Positions 18,764 to 28,930 of a stretch of 64,000 nt of DNA are shown here, piece by piece. A program made the translations under genes and the position numbers. Each line of letters starts with the position of its first letter. Within the stretch, counting starts at the first letter, position 1. Below the pieces are notes generated by a model that was not told the DNA's origin, made no database searches, and worked only from the letters and a program-made list of their open reading frames with translations. The stretch comes from an uncultured Gammaproteobacteria bacterium (GTDB lineage: Bacteria; Patescibacteriota; Microgenomatia; Levybacterales; GWA1-39-11): the NCBI GenBank assembly GCA_964504535.1, contig CAZDED010000003.1, positions 70,850 to 134,849 of the forward strand. Direction: 5' to 3'.

Positions 18764-21370
18764 CTAAAGAACTCCCTTTAGGAATTTTTCGATGCCTTTT
18801 TTATCTCTTCTCAAAAGCTGGGCATTTGTGTGGATCTTCTCGACAGTTTGGGCAACTGTTCGCTCAATACCTTCTGATTTGTTTTTTACGAAGAACTTTT
18901 CAACGGTGTCTGCTTTTTTGTCTGTTGCAAATTTAGAGAACGGCAAGATAAATCTAGAGAACAGATGTCCACCGGCAAACCTTTCTTCCAGATCCTTCCA
19001 GTGAGAAGTCACAAATTCCCATGCTATGCCGATTGCATGTGGGTTAAGAGACATAAGATTTACTGCTTTGAAAGCGTCTTGGGCTCTCACATCTTTTGAG
19101 AAAGCCAAAATAAGCGTTTTTTGCAAGAATTCCTCATTTTTAAAAGAGCATAAAGCTCTCAGTGCTCTATCTTTTTCCTCTTCAGACGGTGCAGTCTTAT
19201 AGATTTTCACAAATTTATCAAACTCTTTTTGTCCTCCATTTTCAGCAACGAGTGAAAAAACTAATGATTTTATATCTGAATCGATTTTTAATCCTTTGTT
19301 CATTTTTTCAAACATTTCTCGTGCTTTTTTTATTGTTTGCTTATCTTCAAAAGAACCGTATGCAAAGGTGGCAGCACTTCGAAGAAGAGTGTGTTGATGA
19401 GACTCTCCTTTTTTCTTGCTCCACCCCACATGGGAAACGATTGGCGAAAGTAGTTGCCTTCCAAATTCAGTGAAAGATTCGTAACAGTCTGATCCATGAA
19501 GCAAAAATTTAATTTCAAAAAGATGGGAAATTATTTCTGACCAGACGATATACCCTTTTTCATTTTTATATCCGGTCAAAAGATCTAAAGCCTCTCTTGT
19601 TGGAATATATCCTGCCTCAGAAAGAGCAAAAGCGTCTCTGACTATAGCAAACCGTGATTCTTCGTTGAGTCGTGTATCTCCTTTTTGGATCGGTAGCTCG
19701 ATGGCATTAAGTAATTCATCGGCGTAGCGAATTCTAACAAAACTAGTATCATCTGCATTTGCTTTAAGCCAATTTGTATTTGAAAAACCAGGAAGTACTA
19801 CTGACTTTTTATCAACAAGCGTTGTCACGGGATTTTTCTTATTGTCAGTAAGTATAGACAACGGAATTAACCACGATGCATTTTCTCTCTTTTTTACAAG
19901 CGGACTCGAATAAAATCTCTCTTGAGTAAGTGTTAATTTACCGTTCTTTTTCTCAACGGTCACGACGGGATACCCCGATTGTGAAGTCCAGTTCTTCATG
20001 ATTTTACCAACAGGTTTGCCTGAGACTTTCTGCAATGCATTCCATAAATCAGATGTTGAGGCATTACTATACTTATGAGTCTTGAGATACCTATTAAGAC
20101 CTTTCTGGAAATTGCGCTCTCCTACGTAGCTTTCTATCATGCGAATTACTGACGCACCTTTAGAGTAGGAAACTGCATCAAAGATCTCGCTTATTTCCCC
20201 AGGATGATGGACAGGTACTTCAATCGGGTGGGTGTTTTCAAGCCCGTCTAATGAGAGTGCTTTGGCCTGTTCTGTATAGACGAATTGGGTCCATATATTC
20301 CATTTAGGAAATAGTTTGTCTACAGCCAAATACTCCATGAAAGAAGCAAATCCTTCATTGAGCCACAAGTGTGTCCACCATTCCATCGTTACTAAATTAC
20401 CAAACCACTGATGAGCCAATTCATGGGCGATAATAAGTGCCACCCATTGCTTTGTAATAAGAGATGAATTCTCCGGATCAACAAGCAGTGCAGTTTCGCG
20501 GTATGTAACTGCTCCCCAATTCTCCATTGCCCCATTTGCAAAATCAGGAATTGCTACAAGATCCATTGTGGAGATTGGATAAGCGATACCGAAATAATCA
20601 TGGTAAAAAGTCATGAGTCTTGCTGCCACATCCAAAGCAAATTTTGCCTGCTCTTTTTTACCAGGAGTGACAAATACCCGAACCAATACTCCTTCTTTTG
20701 TTTTTTTCTCAATATATTCAAAATGACCGATGATAAATGCGAGTAAATAGCTAGACATTTTCGGAGTTGGCGCAAATTTTACGGTCTTAAATCCCCCATT
20801 GTGCTCTAGAATTTCAGTTTCGATGGTATTTGAGATGACTGTCCTGTCAGATGGGACTTTGAGTGAGACTTCAAAAGTTGCTTTGTGAGCCGGCTCATCA
20901 AAATTTGGAAATGCACGACGAGCATCTGTTGATTCAAATTGGGTTACTCCCATGTGATACGTCTTACCATCGTGCTCATATCGGCTTCTGTAAAATCCAC
21001 GCATCTTGTCATTTAGAATTCCTGTAAATTTGATTGTTATTTTTGTATTTCCTGTTTTTATTGGATTTGCAAATGTAAATGTCACAGTCTCTGCCTTTTT
21101 GTTATATGTGATTCTGCTTGCTGTTTGTTTGGCAACCGAAACTTGAAGGACTTCAATCTCTGCGCTGTGAAGTGTGATCTCTTTCGTAGGTTTTAAGACA
21201 TTAACAGAAATGGTCTCCTCACCCTCGAAAATAAAATTATCCAAGTCAGGCGCCAGAAAAATTTCGTAGTGGGTTGGTGTAATATTTTTTGAAAGCCGTA
21301 CGTCCGGAGTTTTACTTTTCGTCATTTTATTGCGGGCAAGCGGTCTAAAGTATATAATATATGAGTTCAA
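18764..21370 (-). CDS. pepN: aminopeptidase N (M1 family zinc metallopeptidase); true start may be ~21325
   Basis: GAMEN motif; HELAHQWFGNLVTMEWWTHLWLNEGFA zinc site. Confidence 0.85.
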   Translation of the reverse strand: MNSYIIYFRPLARNKMTKSKTPDVRLSKNITPTHYEIFLAPDLDNFIFEGEETISVNVLKPTKEITLHSAEIEVLQVSVAKQTASRITYNKKAETVTFTFANPIKTGNTKITIKFTGILNDKMRGFYRSRYEHDGKTYHMGVTQFESTDARRAFPNFDEPAHKATFEVSLKVPSDRTVISNTIETEILEHNGGFKTVKFAPTPKMSSYLLAFIIGHFEYIEKKTKEGVLVRVFVTPGKKEQAKFALDVAARLMTFYHDYFGIAYPISTMDLVAIPDFANGAMENWGAVTYRETALLVDPENSSLITKQWVALIIAHELAHQWFGNLVTMEWWTHLWLNEGFASFMEYLAVDKLFPKWNIWTQFVYTEQAKALSLDGLENTHPIEVPVHHPGEISEIFDAVSYSKGASVIRMIESYVGERNFQKGLNRYLKTHKYSNASTSDLWNALQKVSGKPVGKIMKNWTSQSGYPVVTVEKKNGKLTLTQERFYSSPLVKKRENASWLIPLSILTDNKKNPVTTLVDKKSVVLPGFSNTNWLKANADDTSFVRIRYADELLNAIELPIQKGDTRLNEESRFAIVRDAFALSEAGYIPTREALDLLTGYKNEKGYIVWSEIISHLFEIKFLLHGSDCYESFTEFGRQLLSPIVSHVGWSKKKGESHQHTLLRSAATFAYGSFEDKQTIKKAREMFEKMNKGLKIDSDIKSLVFSLVAENGGQKEFDKFVKIYKTAPSEEEKDRALRALCSFKNEEFLQKTLILAFSKDVRAQDAFKAVNLMSLNPHAIGIAWEFVTSHWKDLEERFAGGHLFSRFILPFSKFATDKKADTVEKFFVKNKSEGIERTVAQTVEKIHTNAQLLRRDKKGIEKFLKGVL

Positions 21371-21378
21371 AAAACAAC

Positions 21379-21463
21379 GCCGCGGTGCTGGAATGGTATA
21401 CAGGTTAGTCTCAAAAACTAATGATCAATTTCGGTCATGAGGGTTCGAGTCCCTCCCGCGGCA
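21379..21463 (+). tRNA. tRNA-Leu (anticodon CAA), class II with long variable arm
   Basis: manual fold: acceptor GCCGCGG/CCGCGGC, anticodon loop CUCAAAA, T-arm GAGGG-TTCGAGT-CCCTC, discriminator A. Confidence 0.75.
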
Positions 21464-21499
21464 CACCATAAAAGCTAAAAGTTATCAATTAAAAGAAGA

Positions 21500-21820
21500 A
21501 TGAAGAAAAGTTTAAACGAATTAAAAGAGGAAACTAAGATAGTCACTTCTCAAATGCCAGACAACGATAAGTGGACTATTCACAACCGCTTTATGGAGCT
21601 TGTTGAAGAAGTTGGGGAATTGGGAAACGCTATTCAAACCAGTGAAGGTTTTAAGTCTAAAAAAAGAAAAAAATCGGAGCTTGTTGACTCGGTATGCGAT
21701 GTTTTATTTGAAATTTTCAATATCGCATCCTACTACAAAATTGATTTAGACAAAGAGTATCCTAAAGTTTTAAAATTTATTGACGATAGAAGAAAAGCTG
21801 GTGAATTCGATCATGAATAG
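21500..21820 (+). CDS. MazG-like nucleotide pyrophosphohydrolase domain protein
   Basis: ~106 aa all-alpha; E-rich metal-binding helices (EEVGELGNAI). Confidence 0.5.
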   Translation: MKKSLNELKEETKIVTSQMPDNDKWTIHNRFMELVEEVGELGNAIQTSEGFKSKKRKKSELVDSVCDVLFEIFNIASYYKIDLDKEYPKVLKFIDDRRKAGEFDHE

Positions 21821-22217
21821 ATTGATTAGAAAGATTAACTTCAAACGCTACGCTCTCTATCTCATCCGCTGGCAGCTATCAACTCCACTACTTGCTCCCA
21901 TTGTTGCTTGGTTTAAGCACTCACCTTCAATGTTTGGGACCTCTGAAGACTGGATTGCTGCAACTATTGCAAATTTTATTGGGGGACTTATTTTTTTCTG
22001 GGTCGATAGTTTTATATTTACGTCAAAATCACTCGACTCCTCTTGGGAAATAAAAGATAACGTTAGGTGCGTAGATTGTGGGAAATTGTGTCGTGGATAT
22101 AGGCTGGTCAAAACGTCAAATTACGATAGAGTTAAAGATAAATACCCAGAATTTAGATGCGAGGTTCATTCAAAAAAGAAAACGTCACAACTTAGAAAAA
22201 AAGGTGTTTCAATTTAG
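21813..22217 (+). CDS. small membrane protein with C-terminal Cys4 zinc-ribbon
   Basis: ATG 21813 (MNRLIRKIN) in frame with track ORF; CVDCGKLC...CEVH. Confidence 0.4.
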   Translation: MNRLIRKINFKRYALYLIRWQLSTPLLAPIVAWFKHSPSMFGTSEDWIAATIANFIGGLIFFWVDSFIFTSKSLDSSWEIKDNVRCVDCGKLCRGYRLVKTSNYDRVKDKYPEFRCEVHSKKKTSQLRKKGVSI

Positions 22218-22236
22218 TAATTTAATCAGCTGTTTT

Positions 22237-22307
22237 GTGGACCTGCGGGGAATTGAACCCCGACCAATGCAATGCGAATGCACTATTGTACCGTTCAACC
22301 ACAGGCC
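22237..22307 (-). tRNA. tRNA-Ala (anticodon CGC)
   Basis: manual fold: G3:U70 identity pair, anticodon loop UUCGCAU, T-arm CGGGG-TTCAATT-CCCCG. Confidence 0.75.
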
Positions 22308-22382
22308 CGAAGGGACAGCCAAGCTTTGCTTACAGGCCCAACGCATCAGTTTCACCCAAATTATATTTGATATGATAAATAT

Positions 22383-22952
22383 ATGAAAGACTCGTACAAT
22401 TATAAATCGGCGTGGACAAGATGGGTAGCACTTTGTAGTTCTGACCTCTCTGAGCGTAAAAAACTCCTAGAGAATCTTCATCCTGAAGTGCGCAAGGGCA
22501 TTGATATTGTTGTCAGAATCGCTTATGAGGAGATCAGCTCACAAGTCAAGGATCTTAAAATACTACAAGATGATATCGAATTGGGACTTTCTTCTCTCGT
22601 ACTAAAGGGGTATCTCTTCTTTCTTGTCACTCAAGAGATTGATCCGTTCGAATCAAATCTTATTGCAAGTAACAAAACAAATGAGTTGGGAAATGTTTGG
22701 ATGGAAAACTATGAGAAAGATCAGGGTAGAAGCATCATCGAAAAAATTGACCCCATCATTTCAATCATCATGCAAAATGAAAAAAACAATCAGTTCATAA
22801 TGCTTCTTAAAGAACATGACGATATTTCAAAAATGCCTTATAATAACATCCGTCTATTTGAACTCTTTTATAGTTGGGCTATCCACCAAGGATTTATCTT
22901 CGGGATGATAGAAAACAACCTTTCAGACGAAAAAAAACATTCTCATGAGTGA
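22383..22952 (+). CDS. hypothetical protein
   Basis: ORF track. Confidence 0.4.
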   Translation: MKDSYNYKSAWTRWVALCSSDLSERKKLLENLHPEVRKGIDIVVRIAYEEISSQVKDLKILQDDIELGLSSLVLKGYLFFLVTQEIDPFESNLIASNKTNELGNVWMENYEKDQGRSIIEKIDPIISIIMQNEKNNQFIMLLKEHDDISKMPYNNIRLFELFYSWAIHQGFIFGMIENNLSDEKKHSHE

Positions 22953-23685
22953 ATATCCCGGTATTAATGTTATCCACAAGAAAAGTGGAATTGTTGAAAC
23001 GACCGTAGGTCGGGTTGGGTCAATCCCTAAAAATGTCCTGCTTGCCACCCCGCAGGCCGTATTCCAAGGACCTGACAAAGAATGGAGTGAAAAATTTGGC
23101 GGTAAATTAAAGCCTCTTAACACTCATGGGAACATTGAAATTTATATGGGACACTCCCCTTTTTTGCGTCAAATGAAGCGTCTTTTTAAGGGTCCAAGAA
23201 GGACTAATTTCTTTTTTAGGATGGGTCTTGGCATCCCAACAACTGTTGCAGGATCTCTTATGGGAAAATTGACTCGAGCTGACTACTACAATCCCTGGAC
23301 TGAGTCTGCGCAGGTTTTTCATCCAAGTAAAGCTATGGCCGCTCGTGGAGTCGGATATGCTCTGCATTTTGATAAGGCCAGCCATCCAACGATGAAAGCT
23401 GTATTCTCGGGCCTCCCATTCATCCATGCAAAAATTGCCTGGAAATCAAGTCAAGAGGGGCTAAAACAACTTGATACGGCAGACGTACATGACGCAAGTA
23501 AAATTTTAGAGCCTGCAATGGGACTTTCTTTAGGGGTTGACGCAGGTGTCTTTGATGGATTGACGAGTCTTGCACTTCTTCCAGCATCAGGTATTGTCGC
23601 GGGAGCAGCAATTCTTGCAGGGCACACACATTCAAGGTTATTTAAGGGTAATATTTTTGGAGTTCCCGCTGCTAAGAAAGGTTAA
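22945..23685 (+). CDS. hypothetical protein
   Basis: ORF track. Confidence 0.4.
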   Translation: MSEYPGINVIHKKSGIVETTVGRVGSIPKNVLLATPQAVFQGPDKEWSEKFGGKLKPLNTHGNIEIYMGHSPFLRQMKRLFKGPRRTNFFFRMGLGIPTTVAGSLMGKLTRADYYNPWTESAQVFHPSKAMAARGVGYALHFDKASHPTMKAVFSGLPFIHAKIAWKSSQEGLKQLDTADVHDASKILEPAMGLSLGVDAGVFDGLTSLALLPASGIVAGAAILAGHTHSRLFKGNIFGVPAAKKG

Positions 23686-25004
23686 ACCTTTGTGGTATGC
23701 TCTACGTTATAAAAACGTATCCTGTCTCCGCGGAACAATAATTCTTTTTCACCAACAGGTCCATTTCTATGCTTTGCAATGAGTACATTTACAATTCTTT
23801 GTGAAGTAAATTCTTCATCCCCAGAATACAAAAACATTACAACGTCAGCATCTTGCTCAATTGCTCCTGATTCACGAAGATCAGCAAGTTGCGGCTTTCC
23901 TCCACCTCGTTGCTCAACCGCACGCGAAAGCTGAGATACACCAATTACTGGAATCTTTAGCTCTCTAGCCATGTTTTTAAGTGACTGAGATATATAACTC
24001 ACCTCGTTGACACGATTCTCAAATTTCTTTCCCGGATTGGCCAACTGCAAGTAGTCAACCACCAGAAGTTTTAGATTGTGTTCGGATTGAAGCCGTCTCG
24101 CTTTTGTTCTCATTTCAGGAATTGAAAGTCCAGGTGTATCATCAATAAAAATTGGAGCTTCAGCAAGTTGGCCCATGGCAACTGACAGCTTATCAAAATC
24201 CTCTTCTCCAAGTCTTCCTGTTTTTAATTTCCATGCGTCTATATCACTTTGGGATACCAACATACGATCCACCAACTCTTCTTTACTCATCTCAAGCGAA
24301 AAAACACCGACAGGTTGTTTGTTTGCGATCGCAACATGCTGGGCAATATTGATAACAAATGCAGTTTTTCCCTGACCGGGACGGGCAGCAAGAATTATTA
24401 AATTTGAAGCTTGAAGCCCAGATAGAAGATTGTCAAGATCGGTAAATCCTGTTTCTACACCACGAAGACCCGCACCCGTTTTTTGCAGCTCCTCAAGCCT
24501 ATCAAAACTCTCTGCCAATGTCTCTTTGATGTGAATAAATCCTTGTTTGACGTGTTCTTGTGAAATCTTAAATATTTGCTGTTCGCTTACTGACAATATT
24601 TCGTTAGCCTCGCGGTCTTCAGTAAATGCATCTTCGGTTATCACTGAGCTGATTTGGATAAGACTTCTTCTCACATATTTCTCACGGATAATTCCTGCAT
24701 AATATTCGCTATTGGCGGCAGTTGGAACGACGTTAGTTAAGGAAGACAAATATGAACTCCCGCCAATTTTGTCGTATTTTTTCTTCTTTTTCAGATAGTC
24801 TGTGAGTGTCAGAAGGTCGATTGGCTTTCTTTCTTCATACAATGTGTTCATCGCATCATATATTTCTTTATGTCGATCATCATAGAAGTGGTCAGCATCA
24901 ATAAGTTGTGACACGGAAATTATAGCGTCCTTATCTATCAAGATGGCGCCTAAAACAGCTTGTTCAGCTTCTGCATCATGAGGGGGTATTCGAACAACTG
25001 CCAT
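23682..25004 (-). CDS. dnaB: replicative DNA helicase DnaB
   Basis: N-terminal PHDAEAEQAVLGAIL; Walker A GARPGQGKTAF; 440 aa. Confidence 0.9.
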   Translation of the reverse strand: MAVVRIPPHDAEAEQAVLGAILIDKDAIISVSQLIDADHFYDDRHKEIYDAMNTLYEERKPIDLLTLTDYLKKKKKYDKIGGSSYLSSLTNVVPTAANSEYYAGIIREKYVRRSLIQISSVITEDAFTEDREANEILSVSEQQIFKISQEHVKQGFIHIKETLAESFDRLEELQKTGAGLRGVETGFTDLDNLLSGLQASNLIILAARPGQGKTAFVINIAQHVAIANKQPVGVFSLEMSKEELVDRMLVSQSDIDAWKLKTGRLGEEDFDKLSVAMGQLAEAPIFIDDTPGLSIPEMRTKARRLQSEHNLKLLVVDYLQLANPGKKFENRVNEVSYISQSLKNMARELKIPVIGVSQLSRAVEQRGGGKPQLADLRESGAIEQDADVVMFLYSGDEEFTSQRIVNVLIAKHRNGPVGEKELLFRGDRIRFYNVEHTTKV

Positions 25005-25124
25005 ATTTCTTTTTCGTAGAAAAAGAAATTCTAAATTCGAATATCGAAATTCGAAACAGAATTGTTTGAGATTTTATTTTTGAAATTTGTCTCGTGCTTC
25101 GAAATTCGTGCTTCGTGCTTTTAC
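25005..25124. promoter_or_regulatory. conserved ~120-bp upstream element (copy A) with 4 TTCGAA palindromes, CGTGCTTCG repeats and a start-codon-abutting inverted repeat ATTTCTTTTTC-GTA-GAAAAAGAAAT
   Basis: seen directly; near-identical to 32019..32147. Confidence 0.6.
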
Positions 25125-25622
25125 TTATTTCTTTTCCAAATATACTACGTTACTACTTAGCTCTTCTTGTTTTTTGAGATTTATTTTATTGGTCTTGGTA
25201 GCCATAAGAGTCTCAGGTATATAACTGGGATCTCCATACACTACTACTCTTTTTGAAGAAAGTGCTGCCAGCGTCGCTTCATCAACCAAAGCTGTTGCTT
25301 TCACAATCACAGCATCATATTCCTCAACATCTGTGAGTTTTGCAATAGAATTTGAAGAAACGAGAAGCGCTCTTCCATCTCCCGTATCAATAGAATACAT
25401 CGTCTCGGTCTCAGGTCGGGTGCCCTTGATCAGTATCCCACTACCTTCAAAATCACCTGGCCCAAATATCACGAGATTTTCAGGAGTCTGGATGATGTCT
25501 TTCTCAGACCCATCACTAAGTATTACCACCTTCGCATCTTCTGATGTTTCGGGATCAACAAGAATGTACCCACGCTTTGAGCTAATCTTTAAAGTGTTGA
25601 TTGTTGGGGAAGTCAATTCCAT
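25125..25622 (-). CDS. hypothetical protein
   Basis: ORF track. Confidence 0.4.
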   Translation of the reverse strand: MELTSPTINTLKISSKRGYILVDPETSEDAKVVILSDGSEKDIIQTPENLVIFGPGDFEGSGILIKGTRPETETMYSIDTGDGRALLVSSNSIAKLTDVEEYDAVIVKATALVDEATLAALSSKRVVVYGDPSYIPETLMATKTNKINLKKQEELSSNVVYLEKK

Positions 25623-25770
25623 AAATTTTGTGTGTTACATCTTACCACTATACCCTCTTCCTTGACAAGATGGATACAATTTACTAATATCACTAAGCTA
25701 CGTCGCCTCGTATTTATCCAATTCATTAGGGCGAAAGCTGCCCCCAAATAGATTTGCTTATAGAATAACT

Positions 25771-26196
25771 ATGAAAGAACGTTTAATAATAATTATTGTC
25801 GCAATCATCGCCGGTCTTTTTATCACCTCCGCTGGTTTTTTCATATATCAATCCACAAAAAAAGCATCTGACACTCCCGTTGTTAAAAACGGACCAAAAA
25901 CTACAACTGCTCCTTCTTCAAATGGGTCTATATTTGTAAGAGTATCGGAACCAAATGACGAATCTTTAACTGCAAAAAGGACTGTTTCCGTAAAGGGATC
26001 AACTAACCCTGAGAATATAGTAGTAATTTCAAGCAATCTGGAAGATATCGAGGTAAAACCGGATCAAGAAGGCAACTTTTCTACATCAATTGATATCGAC
26101 GCTGGAGCAAATGAAATTGTAACAAGAGCGATAGCACCTGATGGTAGCACCACCCTAGACATCAAAACGATTACATACTCGACAGAGGAGTTCTAA
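25771..26196 (+). CDS. hypothetical exported protein (N-terminal TM/signal)
   Basis: ORF track; hydrophobic N-terminus. Confidence 0.45.
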   Translation: MKERLIIIIVAIIAGLFITSAGFFIYQSTKKASDTPVVKNGPKTTTAPSSNGSIFVRVSEPNDESLTAKRTVSVKGSTNPENIVVISSNLEDIEVKPDQEGNFSTSIDIDAGANEIVTRAIAPDGSTTLDIKTITYSTEEF

Positions 26197-26234
26197 ATAG
26201 TAGTTAGCAGACAACAGACAGTAGTAATAGAATT

Positions 26235-26996
26235 ATGAAATACCTAAGTAAATATACAAAAACATTTACATCTTTTATCCTGCTGTCTTTTGTCTTCTGT
26301 CTAATGACTACTCAAATTTTTGCTGCTACTCCTACCCCCCGTCCTTCTCAAAATCAAATCTCAAGTGATAGTGCTGAGCTTGAAAAAATACAAAAAATAA
26401 AAGATATTGTTGCCAAAAAAGTAACTGAGCTCAACCTTGTAGAAAAAAGAGGGATTATAGGTACATTAAAGGATGTTTCCGGAATGCAATTAACGGTTAC
26501 CGACATAAAAGGCAATATCAGACATTTCGAAGTGGACGAACTGACAAAGTTCAGTTTTAGTACAAAAACAACTGTCGGAATATCTGATCTTGAGAAAGGC
26601 TCAAGGTATTCATTCATTGGACTCTACAATAAGGAAACACAAAAACTACTGGTTCGAGATATTGATAGTGTTGACACGATTCCTGTTTATTTTGAAGGGG
26701 CAATTTCTGATGTTGACAGTGATAATTATCAGCTTACAGTCGTAAATGAGCGCGGAGAAAAAAAGAAAGTTGATATTCAAAATTCTACAAAAACGAGTCT
26801 GGCTTCAACCGATGGAGATCTTACAAAATCTGGTTTTTCAAAATTAGCGGTCAATGAAAGAGTTTTGGCTATTGGATTTTGGGACAAGAAAGATAAAGAC
26901 CTCCTTTCATCTCTCAGGGTAATTCATTTCAAAAGCGTTCCTCCATCAAAGGAAATGCAATCTCATATTAATGTCGCGAGCGCGTCGGCAAAATAA
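26235..26996 (+). CDS. hypothetical exported protein
   Basis: ORF track; signal-like N-terminus. Confidence 0.45.
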   Translation: MKYLSKYTKTFTSFILLSFVFCLMTTQIFAATPTPRPSQNQISSDSAELEKIQKIKDIVAKKVTELNLVEKRGIIGTLKDVSGMQLTVTDIKGNIRHFEVDELTKFSFSTKTTVGISDLEKGSRYSFIGLYNKETQKLLVRDIDSVDTIPVYFEGAISDVDSDNYQLTVVNERGEKKKVDIQNSTKTSLASTDGDLTKSGFSKLAVNERVLAIGFWDKKDKDLLSSLRVIHFKSVPPSKEMQSHINVASASAK

Positions 26997-27020
26997 TAAT
27001 TAGTAGTTAGAAGTTGGAAT

Positions 27021-28403
27021 TTAGATTTTTCTCAAAATCTTTGGAGGACCTTTCTTCTGATCATCAATCTCATAACCCATATTTTCTATCTTGTGTCTTA
27101 TCTGATCTGCCAACATATATCGTCCTTCTTTTCTTAACTTTTCCCGTTCGTTTGAAAGCTCTAATACATCAGGTGGAATTGCAGTCATTTTTTCAGAAGT
27201 TTCAAAAATCTGAAGTCCTAATACCTCATCCATGCGTCTTAAAGCAGCTGCCTTTGCTGCCTCACTCTCGTCAGACCGTATCATTTCCCACATGACCGCC
27301 AAAGCTCGTGGCATGTTAAGGTCTTGTCCCAAAACATGCAAAAATTCTACTTCATATTTATTGGCATACCCCTCAGGTTGTGGTAATTTTCCTGCAATCT
27401 CATATAATTTTCGCAAAGCAGTTGAAGCTCCGTCTAAGCCGTCCCATGTAAAATTCATCTTCGCTCGATAATGTGTCTGATATGTTAAATATCTGAAAGC
27501 AGCAGGTGCAAACCCTTTTTGTACAACGTCAGACAAAGTGAAAACATTTCCTTTCGACCGTGACATTTTTTCCTTATCTACTGAAAGAAAACTCGTATGT
27601 ACCCATTTCCCGGCAAATTTCTCCCCTGAAAAAGCTTCGGCTTGAGCAATCTCATCCTCATGATGAGGAAATATAAGGTCTTCTCCTCCCGCATGAATAT
27701 CCAAAGAAACTCCTAGATATTTCATAGACATGACACTACACTCTATGTGCCATCCAGGAACTCCCATTCCCCAGGGAGACTCCCATGACATAACTCTGTC
27801 TTCTGCTTTTTTCCAAAGAGCAAAATCTGCACTATCTTTCTTGTCAGTCTCAACAGATATCCTAACTGCTTCGAGCAGTTGATCCATTTTATCTAACGTA
27901 TTTCCAGATAATTTCCCGTAATCAGCAAATTTTTCAACTTTAAAATACACATTTCCATCTATCTCATAGGCAAACCCTTTATCTAGCAGTATCTTAATCA
28001 CTTCGATCATCTCTTCTATGTGATCTGATGCTTTTGGCATAACATCATGATCTAAAATATTGAGTTTTTTGGCATCCTTCAGGAATTTGTCAGTATAAAT
28101 CTTTGAGAGTTCAAGAGCAGTTATTCCCAATTTGTTGGCCTCTTCAACAATGGGATCAATTGCCTTATTTTTGTCTGCTCTAAATCTGAAATGTCCAACG
28201 TCTGTTATATTCATGACTGAAGTTACTTCAAATTCATTTGCTTTGAGGACTCTGCGCAAAATATCTGTCGTCAGATACGTTCTGAGATTGCCGATATGGA
28301 TGTCTCTGTATACTGTCGGTCCACAAGTGTAAATTGTCACTTTTGGAGGATAAAGCGGACTAAACTCTTCGAGTTGACTAGTAAATGTGTTGTATAGTTG
28401 CAT
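27021..28403 (-). CDS. cysS: cysteine--tRNA ligase
   Basis: HIGH region CGPTVYRDIHIGN; KMSKS as KMSRSKGN. Confidence 0.9.
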   Translation of the reverse strand: MQLYNTFTSQLEEFSPLYPPKVTIYTCGPTVYRDIHIGNLRTYLTTDILRRVLKANEFEVTSVMNITDVGHFRFRADKNKAIDPIVEEANKLGITALELSKIYTDKFLKDAKKLNILDHDVMPKASDHIEEMIEVIKILLDKGFAYEIDGNVYFKVEKFADYGKLSGNTLDKMDQLLEAVRISVETDKKDSADFALWKKAEDRVMSWESPWGMGVPGWHIECSVMSMKYLGVSLDIHAGGEDLIFPHHEDEIAQAEAFSGEKFAGKWVHTSFLSVDKEKMSRSKGNVFTLSDVVQKGFAPAAFRYLTYQTHYRAKMNFTWDGLDGASTALRKLYEIAGKLPQPEGYANKYEVEFLHVLGQDLNMPRALAVMWEMIRSDESEAAKAAALRRMDEVLGLQIFETSEKMTAIPPDVLELSNEREKLRKEGRYMLADQIRHKIENMGYEIDDQKKGPPKILRKI

Positions 28404-28456
28404 GTGAGTTCAATTTTAACAGAATGAGGGTGAAAAAGTAAGGGACAGTAGTATAA

Positions 28457-28930
28457 CTATATTAGTTGCTCAAGGAGTGGAAGCATTTCTCTCAAATGAT
28501 TTATGGTCTCGTTCGGAATCTGCAATGTCGTTTCTGGCATAAAGTTACCCAACAACCTTTCTTTTGTCCAAACGGTGAACGCTCCTACTTCATTTCCTGG
28601 GGCTATATCTCTTTTTAGATTATCACCAACAACCATTGAGTCTGCAGTCTCCACATTCAATTTTCTTGCAATTAACCTAAAATCTTTTACTGGATTGCTC
28701 CGTGGAATTACTTGAACTTCGTCAAAGAAGTGTTTAATGCCTAGCCTTTCAAGATCTGCTACTCTTTCTTCGGTATTGTCTGTCAGTGCAATAGATACAA
28801 GACCTATAGCCAAACCTCTCGATCGTATATTTTCAAGAACATCAACAGTATTTGGAAATAAACCCTTTTCGACAGGGTCATAAAGCGTTCTTCCAAAATC
28901 AAAAAAAACAGCTTCTAATTGTCTACTCAT
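28457..28930 (-). CDS. HAD-superfamily hydrolase
   Basis: N-terminal FFDFGRTLYDP (DxD-type motif I); VVGDNLKRD motif. Confidence 0.55.
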   Translation of the reverse strand: MSRQLEAVFFDFGRTLYDPVEKGLFPNTVDVLENIRSRGLAIGLVSIALTDNTEERVADLERLGIKHFFDEVQVIPRSNPVKDFRLIARKLNVETADSMVVGDNLKRDIAPGNEVGAFTVWTKERLLGNFMPETTLQIPNETINHLREMLPLLEQLI

